From positions 1,216,001 to 1,280,000 of the forward strand of contig OZ250186.1 in NCBI GenBank assembly GCA_965238275.1: DNA of 64,000 nt. The letters run 5' to 3'. Shown piece by piece: positions 50,801 to 61,207 of the stretch. Source of the stretch: Nitrosopumilus sp. GTDB lineage: Archaea > Thermoproteota > Nitrososphaeria > Nitrososphaerales > Nitrosopumilaceae. The translations under genes and the position numbers were made by a program. A model generated the notes under the pieces. The model searched no databases, was not told where the DNA came from, and saw nothing but the letters and a program-made list of their open reading frames with translations. The first letter of the stretch is position 1, and each line of letters begins with the position of its first letter.

Positions 50801-53800
50801 GTGCAAGACACGATGCTGCTCCACATCGCCGACAGCGCAAACACCGCCCCGGTAGTGGACGCAGGCGAAGACCAGAGCGTCCCAGAGGGCTCGACTGTCA
50901 ACCTGGACGGGACGGCCACGGATCCTGACACCGAGGACACCCTGGAATACACTTGGTCGCACGACTCGACGCTGGCGATCCAGTTGGGGAACAGCTCCGC
51001 CGTCGACACCTCGTTTGATGCACCCAACGTGGCTGCAAACACGACAGTCACCTTCACCCTGACAGTGTATGACGGCATGGCCACGGTGCAAGACACGATG
51101 CTGCTCCACATCGCCGACAGCGCAAACACCGCCCCGGTAGTGGACGCAGGCGAAGACCAGAGCGTCCCAGAGGGCTCGACTGTCAACCTGGACGGGACGG
51201 CCACGGATCCTGACACCGAGGACACCCTGGAATACACTTGGTCGCACGACTCGACGCTGGCGATCCAGTTGGGGAACAGCTCCGCCGTCGACACCTCGTT
51301 TGATGCACCCAACGTGGCTGCAAACACGACAGTCACCTTCACCCTGACAGTGTATGACGGCATGGCCACGGTGCAAGACACGATGCTGCTCCACATCGCC
51401 GACAGCGCAAACACCGCCCCGGTAGTGGACGCAGGCGAAGACCAGAGCGTCCCAGAGGGCTCGACTGTCAACCTGGACGGGACGGCCACGGATCCTGACA
51501 CCGAGGACACCCTGGAATACACTTGGTCGCACGACTCGACGCTGGCGATCCAGTTGGGGAACAGCTCCGCCGTCGACACCTCGTTTGATGCACCCAACGT
51601 GGCTGCAAACACGACAGTCACCTTCACCCTGACAGTGTATGACGGCATGGCCACGGTGCAAGACACGATGCTGCTCCACATCGCCGACAGCGCAAACACC
51701 GCCCCGGTAGTGGACGCAGGCGAAGACCAGAGCGTCCCAGAGGGCTCGACTGTCAACCTGGACGGGACGGCCACGGATCCTGACACCGAGGACACCCTGG
51801 AATACACTTGGTCGCACGACTCGACGCTGGCGATCCAGTTGGGGAACAGCTCCGCCGTCGACACCTCGTTTGATGCACCCAACGTGGCTGCAAACACGAC
51901 AGTCACCTTCACCCTGACAGTGTATGACGGCATGGCCACGGTGCAAGACACGATGCTGCTCCACATCGCCGACAGCGCAAACACCGCCCCGGTAGTGGAC
52001 GCAGGCGAAGACCAGAGCGTCCCAGAGGGCTCGACTGTCAACCTGGACGGGACGGCCACGGATCCTGACACCGAGGACACCCTGGAATACACTTGGTCGC
52101 ACGACTCGACGCTGGCGATCCAGTTGGGGAACAGCTCCGCCGTCGACACCTCGTTTGATGCACCCAACGTGGCTGCAAACACGACAGTCACCTTCACCCT
52201 GACAGTGTATGACGGCACCGCCTCCGTCTCTGACTCCATGATGCTCACCATAACGGACAGCCAAAACACCGCCCCGGTAGTGGACGCGGGCAACAACCAG
52301 ACCGCATCGGAGGGCTCGACTGTGAACTTTGCGGGTACGGCAACGGATGAGGATCCCGAGGATGTCCCCCTCCTGGCGTACTCCTGGTCGCACAATTCCA
52401 CCGCGCTGACAATAACGCTTGACGACGGCAACACCCTGACGCCGGAATTTACCGCCCCCAACGTGAATGCCGACACGACAGTAAAGTTTACCCTGACAGT
52501 AGACGACGGCACCGCGTCAGTCTCTGATTCCATGCTGCTCACCATAACGGACAGCCAAAACACCGCCCCGGTAGTGGACGCGGGCAACAACCAGACCGCA
52601 TCGGAGGACTCGACTGTGAACCTGGACGGCACCGTCACGGATCCTGACACCGAGGACATCCTGGAGTATGCCTGGTCTCACAACTCGACGCTGGCGATCC
52701 AGTTGGGGAACAGCTCCGCAGTGGACACCACGGCCACGATCCCCAACGTCGCCGAGGACACGACAGTAAAGTTCACGCTGTCAGTCTCTGACGGCACCGC
52801 CTCAGTCTCTGACTCCATGCTGCTCACCATAACGGACAGCCAAAACACCGCCCCGACTGTCAACGCCGGAGACGATCAGGAAAAGGCCGAGGGCTCGACT
52901 GTCAACCTTGACGGCACCGTCACGGACCCTGACACAGAAGACACCCTGGAGTATGCCTGGTCTCACAACTCGACGCTGGCGATCCAGTTGGGGAACAGCT
53001 CCGCAGTGGACACCTCGTTTACGGCCCCCGACGTGGAATCGGACACGGCAGTCCAGTTCACCCTGACAGTAAACGACGGCACCGATTCTGCGTCTGACGC
53101 GATGACGCTGACCATAACGGATGTCCCCCAAGGCTTTTTCACTACTGACATAACTGCGGCTTCGCCGACAAACGATTCGCCCATAACGTTTCGGGTCGTG
53201 TTTGGAAGCGAGATAGACCCGGCGACTTTTGCCGTCTCGGACCTCACAGTTACAAACGGCGCCGCCTCGGGCATCGAGGGCGCCGGGAACGGCACGACGT
53301 TTGCAGTCGGGATCGCCCCCGCCACGGACGGCGACGTCACAGTCGCAATCGGCTCAGGCGCGGTCCGAGACGCCCATGGCAGCAGTAGCCAGAACGCCCC
53401 CGCGTCCAGGACGGTCGTATCCGACAGGACGCCGCCTGTGCTGACGGTTCCGGATGACGCGGTGACCCGGATATCCCAGCACGAGGCGTACGCGATTCCC
53501 CAGGCCACCTGCGTTGACGGGCTGGATCCTGACGCCGTGCTCACCAGTTCGGGAATGGTGGATACTGCCGTACCCGGAGAATACACCATAGAATACTCTT
53601 GCGTTGACGGCGCAGGCAACGCGTCAAGCGACGACCTCACAGTCACCGTGACCCCCGCGTCCAGCGTCCCGCGCGAAGTCGTGGTGGTGGTGGATGACCA
53701 GTCCGGCGGCGGCGGTGGTGGCGGTACACCCGGGAACGTCCCCCCGGTGGTGGACCTTGGCACGCTGGATAAGATGCAGTACGTGCCGCTGCCGCAGGGA

Positions 53801-54818
53801 GCCATGGACGCCCTCCTGTCGTACAACGCGTCTGCGCCGCTTGGGCCGGTGGGTGGTTCGGTAGCGCTTGGCTACCCGTCGCCGCCCCAAACAAATAGGT
53901 GCCTGCCGGGCACCAATGCGGGCCTTGACAGCGCCGCAGATGCGTTTGACTACCCGCTCCGGATAAACTCAGCCGAGTACGCGCTTGGCGGGCTGGCCAA
54001 CACGCTCGTGCCGCACGAGATAACGTCGGGGGAGACCGCCCTGGTCGGGTTTACGGCCTACGAGTCTACGGAGATTGTCCATTTTGCGCTGTACCTTAAC
54101 CTGCGCGACGACTCGGCATCGTACGCCGAGAGCGACACGCACGTCGCGTACAACCACGGAAAAGTCACGGTATCCGATCCGCACGACTACGTCGCGCACG
54201 CCTCGATCACCGTGGAGCCCGACGGGGCGCTGCCGTACAAAAAGACGATCCGCGTTGTGGTGGAGTTCAACGGCGGCGGCGGGGACGGCCACGCCGGGGT
54301 GAGGCATGGGCGTGACCAACATGGTCGCGCGCATGTGGGACTCTCATGGCGGCCTCACGAGCATACTCGTGTTTGACGCGCTTGACGTGGTTGGCAGGAC
54401 CGTGTTGGACCCCGAGCCGGGAGCCCCGACCGGTACGCTGCCGCCCTGGATGGACCCGGAGCCTGGCCAGACCGGCGCGCTGCCGCCCTGGATGGACCCG
54501 GAGCCTGGCCAGACCGGCGCGCTGCCGCCCTGCGTGGACCCCGAGCCCGTGCTGGAACTCGAGCCCGGCGTGGATCCCGAGCCCGGCGTCGCCGCGGGGG
54601 GCTTTAGCGCGTCCGAACTGCAGACGCTCCGGGACTGGGGCGGCTACTCGTCTGTGTACCTCGACGATGCGGGGTTCCTGGAGGCGTTCGGATTCCAGGG
54701 TGCGTCAGTCCCCGGCTACTTCAAGGGAATGGCAAAGTGGTTCCTAGACGGCACGCTGGACAGGCAGGACCTGATTAATGCGCTGTCATACCTGGAAGGA
54801 CGGGGGGTGCTGGGATAG
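35876..54818 (+). CDS. Giant surface protein 3 (6166-aa ORF plus frameshifted tail 54306..54818): S8 subtilase, six DUF285/BspA blocks, FN3, about 20 PKD-like repeats, Ig/DUF5011-like domains, C-terminal module
   Basis: S8 motifs VAVIDS, HGGLVA, SAGNSG, GTSFSAP; 25-aa repeats; PVVDAGEDQ repeats; tail MGVTNMVARMWD matches [12 protein letters not shown] of protein 2. Confidence 0.88.
49127..52217. repeat. Eleven consecutive, apparently identical 285-bp units (95-aa PKD-like domain); preceded by a 576-bp duplication (48260-49411)
   Basis: Unit starts at 49127, 49412, 49697, 49982, 50267, 50552, 50837, 51122, 51407, 51692, 51977; last unit diverges at its end. Confidence 0.95.
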
Positions 54819-54819
54819 C

Positions 54820-55005
54820 ATGGTGGCCAAACATGCCACGATCCTGATGGACGACGAACTGATACGCAAAATAAGGAAGCACCAGGCCAGGATGATGCTG
54901 GAACGCAACGCAGCGTACAGCTTCTCTGATGCCGTAAACGACCTGCTGGCAAGGGGATTGGCGACTTGTACCAAACGCGACAGCGGGGGAAGTGAATGCC
55001 AATGA
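54820..55005 (+). CDS. Small ribbon-helix-helix/CopG-like DNA-binding protein
   Basis: MVAKHATILMDDELIRKIRKHQARMM...SFSDAVNDLLARGL; strand-helix-helix pattern; ATG 2 bp after the upstream stop. Confidence 0.65.
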   Translation: MVAKHATILMDDELIRKIRKHQARMMLERNAAYSFSDAVNDLLARGLATCTKRDSGGSECQ

Positions 55006-55395
55006 ATCGGAGGTTCGTGTTTGATGCGCTTGACGTGGTTGGAAGGACTGCGGTGGATCCAGAGCCCGGCGCCCCTGACGGGCTGCCGCCATGGATGGAT
55101 CCCGAGCCCGGCGCGCTGCCGCCCCGGGTGGACCCGGAGCCCGGCGCTACTACTACTGCTGCTGCTGCGGAGGGGGGGCTTTAGCGCGTCCGAACTGCAG
55201 ACGCTCCGGGACTGGGGCGGCTACTCCCCAGTGTATGTAGACGACGAGAAATTCCTAGACGCGTTCGGGTTCGGGAGGACGACTGTCCCCGGCTACTTCA
55301 AGGGAATAGCAAAGTGGTTCATCAACGGGGATTTGGGCAGGCAGGACCTGATTAACGCGCTGTCATACCTGGAAGGGCGGGGGGTGCTGGGATAG
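55002..55395 (+). pseudogene. Orphan duplicate of the protein 3 C-terminal anchor-like domain, frameshifted at G7 (55172-55178)
   Basis: 55015-55395 parallels 54367-54818; ATG overlaps RHH stop (ATGA). Confidence 0.75.
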
Positions 55396-55396
55396 C

Positions 55397-57703
55397 GTGG
55401 TGGCCAAACCCGCCACGATCACGATGGACGGCGAGCCGGCACGCAAAGTAAGGGAGCGCCCGGCACGGCAAAGATCCAGCACCATTCGCCTAAAAGGGCG
55501 GCCGGGCCTTTGGGTCGTGTATGCAGCAGCGATTGCCGCCGGGATTCTGCTGTTGGCCGGAGTGAGTATGGCCGGGGGAGGAGAGGGGGAACTGATCCAA
55601 TTCTCCCAGAATGATCACTGGCTGTCAGTTTTTACCTACTATGCCTTTGCACAAGTGCCTGGCGTCCTGGGACTGACAGCGGCAGGCAGCATCGGCGACT
55701 CGGGCTCCCGCGAGCTTGACGGCGCCACCGGCATTGCCACCTTCAAGTCAGGCGGCAAAACCTATGCCGCTGTCGCCTCGTTTTCTGACGACGGCGTCCA
55801 GGTAATCCGCCTGAACATCTCGCCGACAGTCCACGCCGGCTCCGACCAGGCAGTCGACGAAGGCGAACCCGTCACGCTGTCGGGGACGGCCGTCGACTAC
55901 GAAGGCGACGCGCTGACCTACCTGTGGACCCACGACTCTGACCTGCCAATCAGCCTTACAGACGATACGGCCCTCTCAGCTGACTTTACCGCCCCCCAAG
56001 TCACCGACGAGGACTCCACCGTCACCTTCACGCTTACCGTCTCAGACGGCGCCGCCACCACGAAAGACACCGTAAAAGTCACCATCACCAACATCCTGGG
56101 CGTCGGCCCGACCCTGAGAGTGGGTGATGCAGGCAGCATCGACAGATCAGACGCCCGTGGCCTTAACGCTGCCACCGGCATAGCCACCTTCGAGTCAGGT
56201 AACGCCACCTATGCCACAGTCACCTCGTTTATTGAAGGCAGCGTCCAGATAATCGACCTGTCAGACCCGGACAACCCGGCGGCGGCAGGCAGCATCGGAG
56301 ACTCGGACACCCTCAATCTTGGCGGCGCCGACGGCATAGCCACCTTCGAGTCCGGCACCACCACGTACGCAGCCATCGCCTCGTTTGCTGACAACGGCGT
56401 CCAGATAATCGACCTGTCAGACCCCGACAACCAGAGGGCGGCAGGCAGCATCGGAGACTCGTCCTCCCTTGAGCTTTACGGCGCCGACGGCATCACCACC
56501 TTCGAGTCCGGCGGGACCACGTACGCAGCAGTCGCCTCGTCCTCTGACCACGGCGTCCAGATAATCGACCTGTCAGACCCGGACAACCCGGCGGCGGCAG
56601 GCAGCATCGGAGACTCGTCCTCCCTCGAGCTTTACGGCGCCCGCGGCATCGTCACCTTCGAGTCCGGCACCACCACGTACGCCGCAGTCGCCTCGTTTGA
56701 TGACAACGGCGTCCAGATAATCGACCTGTCAGACCCGGACAACCCGAGGGCGGCAGGCAGCATCGGCGACTCGGACACCCTCAATCTTGGCGGCGCCATC
56801 GACATCGCCACCTTCGAGTCAGGCACCACCACGTACGCCGCCGTCGCATCGTTTTTTGACCACGGCGTCCAGGTGATTGACCTGTCAGACCCCGACGACC
56901 CGACGGCGGCAGGCAGCATCGGCGACACGCCATTCCGTAATCTTGGCGGCGCCATCGACATCGCCACCTTCGAGTCAGGCAACGCCACGTACGCAGCCGT
57001 CGCATCGTCAGTTGACGACGGCGTCCAGGTGATTGACCTGTCAGACCCCTACAGCCCGGCAGCGGCAGGCGGCATCGGCGACACGCCATTCCGTAATCTT
57101 GAAGGCGCCAACGGCATCGCCACCTTCGAGTCCGGCACCACCACGTACGCCGCCGTCACATCGTATTTTGACGACGGCATCCAAGTAATCAAACTGAACA
57201 CCTCGCCGGCAGCCTACGCCGGCTCCGACCAGACAGTCAACGAAAACACCACCGTCACGCTATCGGGGACGGCCGTCGACGACGACGGCAACACGCTGAC
57301 CTACCTGTGGGCCCAATACTCGAACCTGCCAATCAGCATTACAAACGATACGGCCCTCTCGACTGACTTTACCGTCCCCCTGGTCAACGCCAACACCACC
57401 GTCACCTTCACGCTTGCAGTCTTTGACGGCATCACCACCGCAACAGACACTGCAGCAGTCACCATCATCGACGTCGTCCCCAACACCACGCCTGCCATCA
57501 CCATTACCGGCTTCAACCCGGCCAGCATCAACGTGGGCCGCTACTACGCCGACGAGGGTGCCACCTGCACGGATCCAGAGGACGGCGACCTGGACGCCAC
57601 GGTCGTCTCCAACACCGTCAACACCCATTCGACTGGCAGCTACAGGATCATCTATTCATGCACCGACTCGGCGGGCCATACAGTCAATAGACATAATCCG
57701 TAA
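55397..57703 (+). pseudogene. Surface protein 4: LVIVD-like propeller repeats, PKD and DUF5011-like domains; 3'-truncated by IS
   Basis: Leader ending YYAFAQ; GVQIIDLSDPDNP repeats; ORF runs into the IS TIR at 57689 and lacks the C-terminal module. Confidence 0.8.
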
Positions 57704-58847
57704 TTAGAAATTGTACATGTCATCCTATATTGTGTAGGTTGTTTGCCGCCTATCCGGTTGCTTCCCGGACCAATAGAACCCTGAGGTTGGCAAATCCGCA
57801 GACGATGTCATTGACGGTGTCGTATTTTTTCAGGCGATTTCGGTAGACGCCACTCATGATGCGAAACCGTTTGACCCTGCGGATGGCGTGCTCTACATAC
57901 ACCCGCATCTTTGAGTGTTTTTTGTTGAATTCCTTCTGTTCTGGGGACAGTTCCGTGCCCCGTGTCCTCTTGTATGGCACCACGGCATCCCTGTCTGGAA
58001 ACTCCTTGTTGATTCCCTGGTATCCGCTGTCTAGAAGCTCCCTTACTTTGGTCCTTTTCTTGTCCTTGCCCCCGTCCTTGCATGGAAGATTCTCAGGGAA
58101 CGTCGGGTGTTTCTTTTTGAATACTGTAAAGTCGTGGATTCTGCCTGGTCTTGTGGAGGATGAGGCCGTCCGTGGCCGATGTGTACTGGACCTTGGATGT
58201 GTGCCTGTGTGCCTTGCCCGAGTAGTGGGACCGTTCCATGTCCTTGCGTCCGGGCCGCTGTATCTGCTGCTCGGATGCATCAATCAGGGCAGTCAGGCCC
58301 GGAATGATCTCCTCAAGATCGTCAAGCGTTCTGGTGGCCTTGATGTCAGAGTATATCTTTGACGGAAGCGGAAGGCACTGCCGGATCGACGGCTCTAGTG
58401 CCCCCATGCTGCGGGACACACTGGCCTGACCCACATGGAACGTCAGGGCAAGAAGATCCTGCGTGGTGTACGTCCTGTAATAGAACAGGACCAGAAGAAA
58501 CCTGTTTTTCAGATCCAGTTTCCACCTGCGTCCGGCGCCCATGCCGCGCACCCTGTCTCTTCTGGAGAGTAGCCTTTGCTCTGCCTTGGGGTATTTTTCT
58601 GTCAGCCGATCTGCCATCAAATCAAATTCGGAGACTCAGTCCAGTGCACCTGATGAACAGATTGGGCTTTTTTGCCAGTTTGTCGTACAATGACATGCTT
58701 TGACATTGGAAATCAGAATAAAACACGACTGACGTATCGTTTTGTTCATTGGGTGAGCCCGAATTGACCTGTAATCCCTGCAACCGACCGGATTTGGTTC
58801 GACAATGTGCCCAATCGCATGGTTATGCCCAATTACGGATGATGTCT
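57689..58847 (-). mobile_element. IS5-family (DDE_Tnp_4-like) element, copy 2, frameshifted
   Basis: TIRs AGACATAATCCGTAATT / AATTACGGATGATGTCT; IDASEQQIQRP, LLDSGYQG, RVYVEHAIRRVK; flanks do not match. Confidence 0.88.
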
Positions 58848-61049
58848 CTTGTACCTCTTCCACAGCTTTTGGACCCATCTGACCGAGACGCCCATGCTTG
58901 CTGCAATCTCCTTGTTGCGGGCATTCTTGTGTTTTTGTTGGATGATCAGTTAGCACAGAAGTAAAAGATCCTGCCTGACATGCAGGACACGCCCGCGCCA
59001 TCTCGTACACATCCGCACTGAATCTGCAGGCGTTGCCAAAAATAGTTGCCGGCAGGTGCAAATTACATGTCATTGCAGCTTAAAAGAATGGAGTGAGAGT
59101 ACCCGTCAATGAACGACCATAAACGGGCTCACACACCATATCGGATTCACGGAATTGGAATTTAAGGTTTGCACGGCTGCTGCCGGAAACGGCGCCGCAT
59201 CAGGCAGGAGGCAAAACCCGAAGTGACTGCCATGCCCGGCCCGCAGAACCGCATGCAACGTTCCCTGAAAAACAATCCGGCCATGATGGGCGGGCCGGTC
59301 ATGGACGGGGTATCGGAGACATTTGATCCCGGAATTCCGTCCCCCAAAAGGCACAACACCACGTACGGGCCGGCCGATTTTCACAGGGTCATGGTGGCAG
59401 CTGCGCTGCTTGGCGTCTCGGCCTTTGGATACGCGTCTGCCATGCGCAATGCCACGACCTTCCTGTCGGGGCTGAAAAAATCCCACCGCCGGGCCGTCAG
59501 CGGCGAGTGGATCCGGGACACGATATCCAGGATCAAAAGGGATCAGCTGATCAAGGCGTTTAACGAAAAGATAGGCGTCCAGCTGGACAGGTTGCAGGAG
59601 CTGGGCATGCTTGCAGGCAGGAAGATGGACGTGGCCATAGACATGCACCTGATACCCCGCTGGGACTCCAACCACAATGAAGACGTGGTGCGCTCAAAGA
59701 GCAAGGGCAAGACGGGCAGTTTTGAGCGCTACGTCACGGCGCAGTGCGTCAACAGGAGGATGAACCTTGCGCTTGGCGTGATTCACATGCCCGCCCTTGA
59801 AGACGCCTCTGATTTTGTACGGCGGATCATCAAAACGTGCAGGGACAACAGGGTCAGAATCGGGGTTGCCATGCTCGACCGCGAATTCTTTTCCACCGAC
59901 GTCATCCGGACACTGCATGAGACGGGCGTGGACTTTCTCATGCCGTGCGTCAACACGACCAACGTGATCCGGGCCATCGCGCAGTTTGATCGCGGGGAGC
60001 GCATGGCAGTGTCCAGGTTCCGCATAGCAAAGACCAAGAACGACTACGAGGAATACACCATGATAATAACAAAACGCAAAAGAAAAAGCAGGAAATCAGG
60101 CGGCAAAAAGCCCGAGGAGGAATACATCGCGTTTGCCACAAGCGTGCCCGGAATCAAGCCAGACCTGTACTCCAAGAGGTGGGTCATAGAGACCGGATAC
60201 CGAATGGTGGAGAGCCAAAGGGTAAGGACGCGCAGTACCTCCAGTACCGCGCGGCTGTTCTGTTTTCTCTACTCGATGATCCTGTACAACGTGTGGGTTC
60301 TGGCAAATGCCGAGCTGACACGCAATCCGGGCATGTCAGGCGGCAGCGGGGTGTATTTGACAATGAGGCAGATTGACATGAAGGCGATCCTTTTGCTGAT
60401 GACCATTCCCCGGGATCTTGCCAGGCACAAGCCGCCGGATCCGTGCTGCATCTGCCACGCTGCCGGCCGCCGCATCCAAGGCACCCTGCCATCCCTGAAG
60501 TAGATTCCGCAGGGCCGTCTCTTGCAGGAATGAATGAATGAATGGACGGTGCGTAGCCATTCCGAAGAACCGGACGCAGTACTGCGTTTTGCCTTCAAAC
60601 GTATCCAGCGTGCCACCAAATGTTCGTCTTTTGTCCATGGGCACTGCCACCGACACCAGGTACCGCCATGCCCACGCCATACATCCGGATCATGCAGGCA
60701 GGACAAGACATTGGCATGTTTGAGGCTTTCAACATGGGTATTGGAATAGGCATTCTATCCAATCATGCACTAAATTGTTGTTACTTCTGCGTTAACTGGA
60801 TGATCCATTCGACTTTGGCCTGGTCCAGTTTTTTCATTACTCGCACTCTCCGTCTTCCTATATGACGCCACGCGGCCGTGCGTCTCCACCGACGGACCCA
60901 CACACCGCCGTTTCCAGTAAGGGACAGGCTGACTGCATTTCCCAGGGATTTGGCACGCGATGCCATGCCACCGATGATGTCTGTCATGGGGCGTGTCCAC
61001 CCAGGGCCGGAACCTCAGATGGGGGGTGAACAACTTTCGGGACTATACA
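58848..61049 (-). mobile_element. IS481-family copy 2, only 5' part left, interrupted by ISH3-like element
   Basis: End TGTATAGTCCC at 61049; 60799-61049 parallels about 19340-19594; removing the insert gives MKKLDQAKVEWII|QQKHKNARNKEIAASMGVSVRWVQKLWKRYK. Confidence 0.85.
58947..60798 (+). mobile_element. ISH3-like insertion sequence, copy 2; transposase ORF 59169..60503 appears intact
   Basis: TIRs CAGTTAGCACAGAAGTAA / TTACTTCTGCGTTAACTG; 6-bp target duplication GATGAT (58941-58946, 60799-60804); LDREFFS, YSKRWVIETGYR. Confidence 0.9.
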
Positions 61050-61207
61050 TGTCCGTCTTCAACCATGTGTCTTAATCCTCATGATCTTTAGCTTTTTCGG
61101 TCTGGATGATGGTGTATGGTGGTGCTCACTGTAACATGGTAGGCAGGATTATGCAATAAGCTACCATATACATAAGTTCTAATAGTCATATTGATCTGTA
61201 TGTGGTA

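Noticed and set aside
47915-52659. Very long antisense ORFs (1492 and 1540 aa) and many similar minus-strand ORFs over 22-57 kb
   Set aside because: Shadows of GC-rich, codon-biased repetitive plus-strand genes; a stop-free unit repeated gives a long ORF
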